Shown: positions 35,412 through 45,217, counted from the first letter of the stretch. The stretch: 64,000 nucleotides of DNA from Bacteroidota bacterium (GCA_016709725.1 JADJMG010000008.1:67189-131188), one strand, 5' to 3'. Notes: generated by a model from the letters alone, not told the origin. Made by a program: numbers and translations.

Positions 35412-36767
35412 TTAATGTGAATGTCCTTCTCCTTTGTTACTCATTTTAGCAAGCACAAAAAATGCTCCCTGTGTTACTACTTTGCTGTTGGCTGGAATGT
35501 CTTTTAGTAAAGTAATTTCAGTGTAGCCCACATCAGTTGTTCCTTTGCGCACAGGAATTTTTTCAAAGGTTGTTCCTTCTTCTTCATGGTGTTCGCCTTC
35601 TTTGTGTTCATCTTTTGCTGCTTCGCTGTGTTCATGTCCGTGTTCATCATGTTTGTGTTCGGCTGTTTCGCCTTCACCATGTTCGTGATGTTCTTCTTCA
35701 GTGTGTGCATCTGTCACGATAAAAATAAATTCCTGCCCTTCATGGCTTACAATTGAATTTGTGGGTACTGCATCTAGTGTTGCATTTTCCAAACTCACTA
35801 AGGCAGTGATGCTCATGCCATCAATTAATCCCTGTTTATTACCTTTTACCATTGCATGTATTGCTATTGCCTTTGTATTTTGTTCAAAGGTGTTGCTAAT
35901 AGCATAAACATCTGCATCGTATTCTTTACCTGGATTATTGGTAAGTGTGAAATGTATGGTTTGCCCTACTTTAAGTTTTGACAAATCTTTTTCATACACA
36001 TACAAATCCAAATGCAGTTGGCTGTTGTCAACAATGGTAGCAATGGGATTGTTGGCATCAACATAGCTGCCAATATTTACCATTACATTGCTTACTGCCC
36101 CACTTATAGGGCTTGTAATGTTCACGATTGACTGAATGGTTTCGCTTGTGAGTGATGCGGTATTGATTCCAACGGATTCCAATTGCTTTTGCAAACTCGC
36201 TTTACGTGCTTTGAATGTTTTTAATTCGGATTCGCTTGTCTGTAAAGTTTTTAAAGCCGTTGCGTTTCCTTGCTGCAATTCTTTTTGTCGTGCAAATTCC
36301 AATTGTGCGAAATCTGCTTTAGCTGAAACGGAGATAAATTCTTCCTGCATGATGATGAAAGAATTGTTGGCAATAGTTGCTATGGTTTGTCCTTTGCTAA
36401 CGGTGTTACCTGTTTGTACTAAAATGGATTTAATTACACCTCCTAATGATGCGGTTGCTGTGGCCATGTTTTGATTAGGCACTTTCAACAATCCGTTTGC
36501 TTTGAGTGAAGCCGTGAGTTGTTTTTTCTCTATGCTGCCAAACTCAATCTTTATGGATTTCATCTGTTCGTCTGTAAGCGTTGCAGTGTTAGCGTTTTCA
36601 TGTTCGTCATGGTGCTCTTCGCCATGTTCACCATCTTCTGCTTTAGTTTCGGATTTACTACTGCAAGATGATATAGTGAATATGCCATAAGCGATTGCCA
36701 AAATAAATATTGTTTTAATTGTTGGTGGCTTCATTATGCTGAATTTATTTATGATTTTCTTTTTCAT
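35412..36767 (-). CDS. czcB: Heavy-metal efflux RND periplasmic adaptor (CzcB/CusB-like membrane fusion protein) with His-rich N- and C-terminal extensions
   Basis: Lipobox ISSC. MFP core (coiled-coil, lipoyl/beta-barrel). EHHDEHE and HEHGEGETAEHKHDEHGHEH tracts. Confidence 0.8.
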   Translation of the reverse strand: MKKKIINKFSIMKPPTIKTIFILAIAYGIFTISSCSSKSETKAEDGEHGEEHHDEHENANTATLTDEQMKSIKIEFGSIEKKQLTASLKANGLLKVPNQNMATATASLGGVIKSILVQTGNTVSKGQTIATIANNSFIIMQEEFISVSAKADFAQLEFARQKELQQGNATALKTLQTSESELKTFKARKASLQKQLESVGINTASLTSETIQSIVNITSPISGAVSNVMVNIGSYVDANNPIATIVDNSQLHLDLYVYEKDLSKLKVGQTIHFTLTNNPGKEYDADVYAISNTFEQNTKAIAIHAMVKGNKQGLIDGMSITALVSLENATLDAVPTNSIVSHEGQEFIFIVTDAHTEEEHHEHGEGETAEHKHDEHGHEHSEAAKDEHKEGEHHEEEGTTFEKIPVRKGTTDVGYTEITLLKDIPANSKVVTQGAFFVLAKMSNKGEGHSH

Positions 36768-36778
36768 TTTATTAGAAT

Positions 36779-37939
36779 TTATTTATTGATTAATAAATTG
36801 ATGTTGATAATGGATTGATTAATTTGATTGATGGATTGCAAATATTTTAACTGCACATCGGTAGCGGTTTGCAAGGCGCTTACATATTCAATATATCCGA
36901 TTTCACCACTGCGGAAACCAAGCGTTGCTGTATTTGTAATTGTTTCGGCATTTTTTACAGATGATACTTTATAAAGGTTGTACTTTTCCAAATAAAGCGT
37001 ATATTGCTGAAAAGCATTTTGCAATTGATTTTGCAAAAGCAATTTGCTGTTGTCTGCTTCTTTTTGCAATGACTGCTGCTGCAATTTGAGCGATTTAACT
37101 TTTGCTGTGTTGCTGAAAAAGGTAAGCGGAATATTTAATCCGACATTATAACCTGTGAATCTTTCGGATGAACCGAAGTAAACATCGTTATTGTTCACAT
37201 TTTGAAAACCAATGATTGATTGATTGAAGTAACCTACATTAAAGTCAGGAAGCGTTTGAGCGGTTTCCAACTTTTTATTTTTCTCTGCAATGACTGCCTG
37301 TTGATACAACATTTGCAAAGAAGGGTTTTGCATAATTGCCGATGTATCTAAAGTTGCTGTTAATGTGATGGGTTCAAATACAGTGCTTACTTCAAAATTT
37401 TCGCTGCTGTTCATCAGTGTTTTTAATGAGTTATAACTTGCAGCGTATTCGGCTTCTGCTTGTTTAAATAGCAATGTAATTTCATTGCGCTTTGTTTCAG
37501 CAGTTGTTTTTTCCAAGAGGTTTGTTTCGCCTGTGTTATAGCGCAATGTTGCAACAGTTACAAAATTGTCATACAAACTATCCAACTGTTTTAATTTAAC
37601 TTTTGCATTTTGCAAATACTGCAATTGATAGTAAAGTAATTGCACCTGTGCTCTTATTTCGTTAGAAGTTGCCTGTTGTTTTAACTCGCTGTTTTTATAT
37701 TCGGCTTTGTATAATCCTGAACGCGCACTGAAATAAGTGGGGAAAGGAATATTTTGTGCAATCTGAAAACTGTTGTCTTTATTAATGCTGTTGAACTGCC
37801 CATACTGATAATTGAGTTCGGTCTTGGGTAATTCAAAAAATGAATTTTTAAGTTTCGAATAAGATTGAACATTGAGTTGCGATGCCTGGATTTGCAAATT
37901 GTTTTTTAATGCAGTGCCTATTGCATCTTCAACTGTCAA
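36779..37939 (-). CDS. czcC: TolC-family outer-membrane efflux protein (CzcC-like). Its signal peptide is encoded at 37949-38023, in frame behind a TAA, and is fused to the 3' end of czcA.
   Basis: 386-aa TolC-like coiled-coil repeats. The start is an internal TTG with no signal peptide. Upstream in frame lies ...KPNIVATILVLCVFGFTSADAQT*KLLTVEDAIG. Confidence 0.65.
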   Translation of the reverse strand: MTVEDAIGTALKNNLQIQASQLNVQSYSKLKNSFFELPKTELNYQYGQFNSINKDNSFQIAQNIPFPTYFSARSGLYKAEYKNSELKQQATSNEIRAQVQLLYYQLQYLQNAKVKLKQLDSLYDNFVTVATLRYNTGETNLLEKTTAETKRNEITLLFKQAEAEYAASYNSLKTLMNSSENFEVSTVFEPITLTATLDTSAIMQNPSLQMLYQQAVIAEKNKKLETAQTLPDFNVGYFNQSIIGFQNVNNNDVYFGSSERFTGYNVGLNIPLTFFSNTAKVKSLKLQQQSLQKEADNSKLLLQNQLQNAFQQYTLYLEKYNLYKVSSVKNAETITNTATLGFRSGEIGYIEYVSALQTATDVQLKYLQSINQINQSIININLLINK

Positions 37940-37945
37940 TAATTT

Positions 37946-40900
37946 TTACGTTTGAGCATCTGCACTGGTAAACCCAAAAACACACAACACTAAAATTGTT
38001 GCTACAATATTTGGTTTTAATTTTGTTTTTGCTGAAAACAAAAGATAGAGCAGAGGCAAAACAAACAGTGTTAAGAATGTTGCAGTGATTAATCCACCAA
38101 TTACGACAGTTGCCAAAGGTTTTTGAACTTCGGCTCCTGCACCATGCGAAAGCGCCATTGGTAAAAATCCAAGTGATGCAACCGTTGCTGTCATTAACAC
38201 AGGTCGTAAACGGATTTTTGTCCCTTCAATAACTCGTTGTAAGATGCCTGTCATGCCGTCTTTTTCTAATTGATTAAATGTACCCACAAGAACAATTCCG
38301 TTTAAAACTGCTACACCAAAAAGTGCAATGAACCCAACACCAGCTGAAATACTGAAAGGCATATCACGTAACAACAATGCAAATACTCCCCCTATTGCCG
38401 CCATTGGAATGGCAGTGAAAATAAGTGTGGCTTGCCTTATAGATGTGAAAGTGAAATATAGCAACATAAAAATAAGAGCCAATGCAACCGGTACAGCAAT
38501 CATTAATCTTGCTGAAGCAGCTTGCAAATTTTCAAAAGTTCCACCGTAAGTATAATAATAACCTTCGGGAAGTTTTGCCTTTTCACCTAATTGTTTTTGA
38601 ATATCCTCAACCACACTTGCTACATCTCTGCCTTTTACATTGAAGCCAACTACAATTCTGCGCTTACCGTCTTCACGGCTAATTTGGGCGGGGCCTAATT
38701 CCAGTTTTACTTCTGCGACTTGCGATAATGGAATTTGTGTTCCATTTGCAGTTGGAATATACAAGTGGCTTACGTCATCAATATTGTTGCGGTGTGTGCT
38801 GTCGAGGCGAACTACCAAATCAAATTTTCTTTCGTTTTCAAACACAACTCCTGCGCTGCCTCCTGCAAATGCAGTGCTTACAATGTGGTTGATATCGTCA
38901 ATGTTCAAACCATAGTTCGCAATTTGCGAACGATTATATTTGATAACGATTTGCGGAAGTCCGGCAACCCGTTCAACACTTGGTTCGGTGGCACCTTCTA
39001 CATTTTGAACAATTGCGTTTACCTTATTGGCATAGTTTAATAACGTATCCATGTTTTCGCCAAATATTTTTACTGCAACATCCTGTCGAATACCTGTCAT
39101 CAATTCATTAAATCGCATTTGTATGGGTTGACTTTTTTCAAAGAAAACACCGGGGATAACTTCCAATTTTTCATAGATTTCATCTGCCAAATCATCATAA
39201 GAAATATCGCGCTTCCATTCGCTTTGCGGTTTTAGAATTATCATCATATCGGATGCTTCGGGAGGCATGGGATCTGTTGGAACTTCGGCACTTCCCGTTT
39301 TTCCGACAACCATTTTGACCTCATCAAATCCCTTTATTATCCGTGAAGCTTGCATAGAGGTTTCAATACTTTGTGACAAGGACGTTCCTTGTGATAAAAT
39401 GCAATGAAAAGCAAAATCCCCTTCTTGCAATGTTGGTATAAATTCACCACCCATTCTTGAAAAAATAAAAACAGATATCACGAATACTACCACTGTCGCA
39501 GTTACAATTACTTTTTTTAAACGGATTGCTTTTTCTAAAAGCGGAGCATAAATATGTTGAAAAAAGTTCATCATTCGATCACTAAAAGTTTGCTTGTATG
39601 AAATGGTTTTAGGTAAAAACGCTGCACACATCATTGGAATATAAGTGAGCGATAAAATCAATGCTCCGAAAATGGCAAAACCTACAGTTTGAGCCATCGG
39701 ACTAAACATTTTTCCTTCAATGCCAATTAATGTAAGTATAGGAATATAAACGATAAGGATAATGATTTCCCCAAACGCTGCACTAGTCCGGATTTTAGAT
39801 GCTGATTTAAAAACTTCGTCGTCCATTTCTTGTTGTGAAAGTTTGCCAATTGTTTTTCGCAAACCCAAATGATGTAAAGTAGCTTCTACAATAATTACTG
39901 CACCATCCACAATCAAACCAAAGTCAATTGCTCCTAAGCTCATGAGATTTGCACTTACGCCAAACACATTCATCATTCCCAAAGCAAATAACATAGATAA
40001 AGGTATTGCTGATGCAACAATCAAACCTGCCCTAAAATTTCCAAGAAATAAAACCAAGACAAAAATTACAATCAATGCACCTTCAATTAAATTTTTTTCA
40101 ACAGTGCTGATTGCCCTGCCTACCAATTCGGTTCTGTCAAGATAAGGTTCAATGACAACATCAACTGGCAAAGACTTTTGAATGGTTGTCATTTTTGCTT
40201 TCACACGGTTTACAACATCAGCACTATTTGCACCTTTGAGCATCATTACCACTCCTCCTACTGCATCCACCTCGCCATTGTAGGTAAGGGCTCCATAACG
40301 AACGGCACTTCCTAAACGTACTTCAGCTACATCTTTAATTAAGATTGGAATCCCATTTGGATTATTTTTTACCGCAATGCTTTTTATATCATCAAATGAC
40401 CCAATCAAGCCAACACCACGAATGAAATAGGCGTTTGGCTTCTTGTCAATGTAAGCACCACCTGTGTTCTCATTATTTTTTTCTAAAGCGGTAAAAATTT
40501 CAGGAATTGTAATTCCCATTGCAATCATTCGATCGGGATTAACAGCAACTTCGTATTGCTTGAGTTGGCCTCCGAAGCTGTTAACCTCCGCTATACCTGG
40601 CGTACCATATAGTTGTCGCGCAACAATCCAATCTTGCATGGTACGTAAGTCCATCGCAGTATATTTTTCCTCACTTCCTTTCTTCGGGTGAATAATGTAT
40701 TGATATACTTCCCCTAATCCCGTGCTGACTGGAGCTAGCTCGGGTGTTCCAATTCCCTGAGGAATTTTTTCTTCAGCTTCTTTTAATTTTTCATTGATAA
40801 GTTGTCGTGCAAAGTAGATGTTCACTTTGTCGTCAAACACAACCGTTATTACAGAAAGCCCGAAACGAGAAATACTTCGTAATTCAACCAAGTCAGGAAG

Positions 40901-41125
40901 GTTAGCAATGCTTTGTTCGATGGGATAAGTAACTAGTTGCTCTACTTCCTGCCCGGCAAGTGTTGGGCAAAGTGTTATGATTTGAACCTGGTTGTTGGTA
41001 ATGTCAGGAAGCGCATCAATCGGCAATTTACTAACACTCCATACGCCCCAAATAATAAGTGCAAAGGTCATCAGACCAATGATAAATTTATTTTTTATAC
41101 TAAACGCAATTATTTTGTCTAACAT
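37946..41125 (-). CDS. czcA: CzcA/CusA-family heavy-metal efflux RND transporter (HME-RND)
   Basis: 1059 aa with 12-TM RND architecture and a conserved CzcA N-terminus. The last ~25 codons look like the next gene's signal peptide. Confidence 0.9.
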   Translation of the reverse strand: MLDKIIAFSIKNKFIIGLMTFALIIWGVWSVSKLPIDALPDITNNQVQIITLCPTLAGQEVEQLVTYPIEQSIANLPDLVELRSISRFGLSVITVVFDDKVNIYFARQLINEKLKEAEEKIPQGIGTPELAPVSTGLGEVYQYIIHPKKGSEEKYTAMDLRTMQDWIVARQLYGTPGIAEVNSFGGQLKQYEVAVNPDRMIAMGITIPEIFTALEKNNENTGGAYIDKKPNAYFIRGVGLIGSFDDIKSIAVKNNPNGIPILIKDVAEVRLGSAVRYGALTYNGEVDAVGGVVMMLKGANSADVVNRVKAKMTTIQKSLPVDVVIEPYLDRTELVGRAISTVEKNLIEGALIVIFVLVLFLGNFRAGLIVASAIPLSMLFALGMMNVFGVSANLMSLGAIDFGLIVDGAVIIVEATLHHLGLRKTIGKLSQQEMDDEVFKSASKIRTSAAFGEIIILIVYIPILTLIGIEGKMFSPMAQTVGFAIFGALILSLTYIPMMCAAFLPKTISYKQTFSDRMMNFFQHIYAPLLEKAIRLKKVIVTATVVVFVISVFIFSRMGGEFIPTLQEGDFAFHCILSQGTSLSQSIETSMQASRIIKGFDEVKMVVGKTGSAEVPTDPMPPEASDMMIILKPQSEWKRDISYDDLADEIYEKLEVIPGVFFEKSQPIQMRFNELMTGIRQDVAVKIFGENMDTLLNYANKVNAIVQNVEGATEPSVERVAGLPQIVIKYNRSQIANYGLNIDDINHIVSTAFAGGSAGVVFENERKFDLVVRLDSTHRNNIDDVSHLYIPTANGTQIPLSQVAEVKLELGPAQISREDGKRRIVVGFNVKGRDVASVVEDIQKQLGEKAKLPEGYYYTYGGTFENLQAASARLMIAVPVALALIFMLLYFTFTSIRQATLIFTAIPMAAIGGVFALLLRDMPFSISAGVGFIALFGVAVLNGIVLVGTFNQLEKDGMTGILQRVIEGTKIRLRPVLMTATVASLGFLPMALSHGAGAEVQKPLATVVIGGLITATFLTLFVLPLLYLLFSAKTKLKPNIVATILVLCVFGFTSADAQT

Positions 41126-41221
41126 TCTATTAATAATTTTAATGAATAAATACAGTTCTTCTTACTGTGTGTATATACAGCAAGTAGGTTCGTTCTGAAT
41201 TAGCAGAACACTATAGATTCA

Positions 41222-41542
41222 TTAACTAATTTTTGGCGGTTGCCAAATAGACAAATAAACTTCTGAAAAAAAAGAAGTATAGTAAATAGGAAAAATCTCT
41301 TCTACAACAGGTTTAAGTCTGTAAATCGTAGAGGGATAAAAAATATTGGTAATAGATTGTCCACAACAGGCACAAATGCAAAAAGGGGAGCAATTTTCAT
41401 TGCCACTTTCATGATCAGAATGCTCGGAGGTGGTGTAAATATCTCTCTTAACATCCTGAAAATCACAGTCCTTTATGTCACTGCAAGGCCTTACAGCCAT
41501 GGCCAACAAGTAAAAACTGAATATAAGAGTTAAAACTTTCAC
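41222..41542 (-). CDS. Small secreted Cys-rich protein (CSPFCICACC motif, DUF6660-like) leading the efflux operon
   Basis: Signal peptide plus Cys cluster. Sits at the head of the czc operon. Confidence 0.4.
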   Translation of the reverse strand: MKVLTLIFSFYLLAMAVRPCSDIKDCDFQDVKRDIYTTSEHSDHESGNENCSPFCICACCGQSITNIFYPSTIYRLKPVVEEIFPIYYTSFFSEVYLSIWQPPKIS

Positions 41543-41919
41543 GTGTCAAATATATGCGTTTTAAGTTAAAAAGTCTAAAAAAGCTAGAAATAATAGTTAT
41601 ATGCGTAATAAATAGGCATTATCAATGATGAATCATAAAGTCAGACCTTTTGTTCGTGGCCGGCTGAAAGTAAATCAATCACCTAATATTTTCATTAAAA
41701 CCAAGCTAACATCGTTCACAAATGAAATAAAGGCCAAAAAATCTTAAAAATAAATTTTGGGAAGATTGAGTCCGGTTGTTACCAATTATAAAAGAAAAGG
41801 CCGTTAAACTTAATAAATTATCTCCAATACTTTTCCAACGCACCACAAGTTGTAAAGTACAAGAAAGAATAAGTTCATATATTTATTTCCAAATTCTTCC
41901 ATTGTAAAATTCGTTCACT

Positions 41920-42552
41920 ATGAATCCGCACCAAGAAACGCTTAACACTTGGAATAAAGTTGCACAACTTTATCAGGAAAAGTTTATGGACTTGGAGATG
42001 TATAATGAAAGCTATTCTCTCTTTTGTGATTCTATTGAAAAGTCGAATGCTTCTATCTTGGAGATTGGATGTGGTCCAGGGAATATCACAAAGCATCTAT
42101 TGTCTTTACGAAAAGAATATTCAATTTATGGAATTGATTTTTCTTCTAACATGATTGAGTTGGCTCAGAAAAATATTCCGTCAGCAAGCTTTGAAGTGAT
42201 GGATGCTCGGGATATATTAAAATTAAATACAACTTTTGATGGTATTATTGTCGGGTTTTGTTTGCCTTATTTGTCGGGAGAAGAAAGTCTTCAACTGATT
42301 GCAGATGCATCAACGCTTTTAAATAAAAACGGAATTCTGTATTTAAGTTTTGTAGAAGGGGATCCAAATCAATCAGGATTTAAAACGAGTAGCACGGGTG
42401 ATCGTACGTTTTTTTATTTTCATGAATTGTCTTTGCTAACAAAAAAAATGATGGATGCTGGATTTCTAACTCCGCAAGTATTACATGTTAATTATGGAGA
42501 ACCTAATTCAAAACAAGAAATTCACACTATACTTATTGCAAAGAAATTTTAG
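41920..42552 (+). CDS. Class I SAM-dependent methyltransferase
   Basis: LEIGCGPGNIT motif I and YGIDFS motif. Confidence 0.75.
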   Translation: MNPHQETLNTWNKVAQLYQEKFMDLEMYNESYSLFCDSIEKSNASILEIGCGPGNITKHLLSLRKEYSIYGIDFSSNMIELAQKNIPSASFEVMDARDILKLNTTFDGIIVGFCLPYLSGEESLQLIADASTLLNKNGILYLSFVEGDPNQSGFKTSSTGDRTFFYFHELSLLTKKMMDAGFLTPQVLHVNYGEPNSKQEIHTILIAKKF

Positions 42553-43047
42553 TTGGAAATGATCTTCTTTATCATACAAACTTTTTTTAACCTGCCTGCA
42601 GCAGGCAGGCACTAGAGGCACAAGAGGTCACAAAAGTGCATTAGAGAAATTTTATTTTTTTAAGCCTCTCGCCTTTAAAATAATATTTGAAAAATAATCT
42701 TGATTAACCAATTAACAATTACATGTTCATTTCTTTGAACAAATCAATTTGGAAATTCTAAAACTTAGTCTACATTTGTTTTCGAATTAAGCATTTTGTG
42801 AAGAGAGAATTTTTATAGAGAGCGAATAGCGACATCGGCAGGGACAACTAAACCCTTATGTAAAAACTGCCAACGATGCTCAAAAAAATGAATACGGTAT
42901 TAGCAAGAAGGAATTAGGTGCATTGCACCTATTCCATCTTTATGGTTTTATAATCTGTCATGACAGCATTATGAATCGGCTCCGACGTGCCTAAACGTTT
43001 CAAAAAATATTTTTCTATAAAAAACTTTAACAAAATAAAAAACAATC

Positions 43048-43497
43048 ATGAAAACACTTATATCCATCAACTTCAAAAAAATAATTTTCATTCTTGGAAT
43101 CTTTGCCTTCCTCTCTCTTGAATCATACGCTCAAAATGCAGAAAGAATTCGATTTGTCTTTGGTACACGTTCAAAGCCTGCAGCCATGGGGGATGGATGT
43201 GATGGTGAAAAAGGATTATGCATTCGATTTTTTAGCAGTTCAAAAACTGTTGGAACTGGAGAAGGAATTGCAGAAGTGCAAACTGTCCGCGGACAACTAC
43301 AACTGAATATCATAAGTGATACATCGCCAGCTGAAGAAAACGAAAACATCTTTTATGTATACGAAGACAAAACCTTACCTCAAGAAATTGCCGAACAATT
43401 AGGTTTTAGTAAAGTCATAATTCGCAAAGGTGAATACCGTCTCGACAAATCGAGAAATCGATTGGGAACAGTCATGCTCAATGCCATCTTCCAATAA
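43048..43497 (+). CDS. Small secreted protein, member 1 of a triplicated family (disulfide-loop motif CDGEKGLC, C-terminal LP.E.A.QLGF)
   Basis: Signal peptide ...SYAQ. Paralogous to 44248 and 44759. Confidence 0.5.
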   Translation: MKTLISINFKKIIFILGIFAFLSLESYAQNAERIRFVFGTRSKPAAMGDGCDGEKGLCIRFFSSSKTVGTGEGIAEVQTVRGQLQLNIISDTSPAEENENIFYVYEDKTLPQEIAEQLGFSKVIIRKGEYRLDKSRNRLGTVMLNAIFQ

Positions 43498-43568
43498 CAA
43501 TAACTACAACCCTGAGCCGGTAAGCATTGAACCACTTACCGGCTTCTTAAAAAAGATCTAAAAATTCT

Positions 43569-44177
43569 ATGCGTAACAAAATCAACAAATTATTTCTCGT
43601 ATCGCTCCTTGGAATGATAACACTCACAAGTAGCAGCTGTGAATTCTATATGAAAACATGGTTAGGGATCAAGAACCCAAAAATAATGGATGAGAAACTT
43701 CATACCCAGTATTTAAAAAAGTTGAAAGCTCCCGCTGACCAAGCCTACTTAATTGATACGAATTACATCCATTTCTTGGAAGTGAATGACACATTGCATT
43801 TCCGTGAACAAAAGAAAAATCACTACCAACCCATTCAAGCCATTTATTATGGCCACAATCAATTTCAAGAGGCCTGGTTTATTAATTGTTACGCACCCGG
43901 ATTCCCGCATTTGAATTGGAATATTGAAAACAAGTTTGCAGAATTCCCTCCACAAACCGCAGCACCGCTGGATTCGCTGGTAAGCTTTGATCGTTTGATT
44001 ACTCATGCACAATCCTTCAAGAATCCTATTAAGCATACGGTTGGAAAAAACGAACCTTACACGGTAGTATTCATTTGGAATCGATTCATGAAAAAAGAAA
44101 GCAAACGACTACACAAAATTTTACTCAAAATTAAAAATGTGTCAAGAGCCATACCGAATTATTTATATCAACAATGA
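43569..44177 (+). CDS. Lipoprotein of unknown function
   Basis: Lipobox LTSSSC. Confidence 0.4.
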   Translation: MRNKINKLFLVSLLGMITLTSSSCEFYMKTWLGIKNPKIMDEKLHTQYLKKLKAPADQAYLIDTNYIHFLEVNDTLHFREQKKNHYQPIQAIYYGHNQFQEAWFINCYAPGFPHLNWNIENKFAEFPPQTAAPLDSLVSFDRLITHAQSFKNPIKHTVGKNEPYTVVFIWNRFMKKESKRLHKILLKIKNVSRAIPNYLYQQ

Positions 44178-44247
44178 TAACATCTACGCTCAATCTGAAA
44201 AAATCAACTAACACTAACAATTCATCAAAAACTCAAAAAAAGAAATT

Positions 44248-44700
44248 ATGAAAAAAAACATTTTACTACAACTCCTTTTTCTGCTTAGCTTTTCTCTTAC
44301 ATGTGTTGCACAAGCAGATCGACCGAAGCCCACATTCAAAGTTAAGATTGCCTCTCCACGAAAAGATTGTGATGGCGGTTTGAATTTCTGTGCCACAGTG
44401 CTTTAACTGGGCAAGTTAATGCTGGAATCACCACTAAAGAAAATCAAATTCAATTTCATCTAGAGAGAAGCACGATGCATGAGACTTTAGAAAATGAACT
44501 GCTTCATCTACATCAATTCCACATCGAAGAAGAAACTCAACTTCCAATGGACATTACAAATAAAATTGGAATGATGAGAGAAGTAACCATAATTCGGGTC
44601 GTTATCCCATCCAAATTTCTAATGATTACATTTCCATTACTTGTGCCATTGAATAAATTGCATGGAGGCCCCGTAAGGCCTTTTTGTAAAATCAATTGAG
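44248..44700 (+). pseudogene. Family member 2 (MKKNILLQLLFLLSFSLTCVAQA...CDGGLNFC), with a frameshift/stop near 44400
   Basis: N-terminal 52 codons end at TAA. The rest resumes in another frame (ERSTMHETLENELLHLHQF...). Confidence 0.5.
44666..44686 (+). terminator. Rho-independent terminator aggcc-ccgtaa-ggcct plus T5, an exact duplicate of the one at 45196
   Basis: Direct reading. Confidence 0.6.
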
Positions 44701-44758
44701 TAACAATTAAAAATCCTTTTTAGAAATTATTTACCAAACCATTCTTAAAAATGAATTC

Positions 44759-45181
44759 ATGAAAAAAAACATCCTATTACTCCTATTGATTCTCGTTGGA
44801 ATCACAAAAACAAGTTCTGCTCAAGTAGAAAAATTAAAATTCACCTGGACTTTCCATTTTGATATTGCATCCTATTCCAAAGATTGCAAAAGTGGATTTG
44901 GACTTTGCTTTATTCCACCCAAATTCACCTTTCGTACCGTTGAAGCTGGGGCAACTTTGGAAGAGCAAAGAATACAAATTCACATCAACAGAAATTCTTT
45001 GCAAGAAAATCTAGAAAGAGAATTGCTACGACTCACACAATTTCCGATTGCAGAAGGAACCATCTTGCCTGAAGAAGTAAGTAGAAAACTAGGATTTAGA
45101 AGTGAAATACGGCTTAAGACGGGTTATTGTCCAATAATAATTTCCGATGATTTTATTACGATGATTTGTTTAATGGAGTAA
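44759..45181 (+). CDS. Small secreted protein, family member 3 (CKSGFGLC loop)
   Basis: Signal peptide ...SSAQ. Paralog of 43048. Confidence 0.5.
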   Translation: MKKNILLLLLILVGITKTSSAQVEKLKFTWTFHFDIASYSKDCKSGFGLCFIPPKFTFRTVEAGATLEEQRIQIHINRNSLQENLERELLRLTQFPIAEGTILPEEVSRKLGFRSEIRLKTGYCPIIISDDFITMICLME

Positions 45182-45195
45182 ACAGTACCCTTTTC

Positions 45196-45216
45196 AAAGG
45201 CCCCGTAAGGCCTTTT
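45196..45216 (+). terminator. Rho-independent terminator aaaggcc-ccgtaa-ggccttt plus T-run
   Basis: Direct reading. Confidence 0.6.
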
Positions 45217-45217
45217 A

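Noticed and set aside
35504-36690. Alternative-frame and antisense ORFs inside czcB and czcA (e.g., 35504..35710, 35537..35722, 36136..36474, 38328..39040, 40464..40691)
   Set aside because: They are embedded in strongly supported transporter genes. The repetitive His/Val-rich translations are artefacts of antisense reading of GAA/CAT-rich sequence.
26934-37948. Stop-codon reassignment as the explanation for the in-frame TAG (28839) and TAA (37946)
   Set aside because: Both codons serve as ordinary terminators of other well-formed genes in this window. Mutation or error is more parsimonious.
42582-42609. Terminator for the methyltransferase gene at the cctgcctgc-a-gcaggcagg palindrome
   Set aside because: The T-run precedes rather than follows the hairpin on the plus strand. 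On the minus strand it is followed by an A-run. It is not a canonical intrinsic terminator. It may be a protein-binding palindrome.
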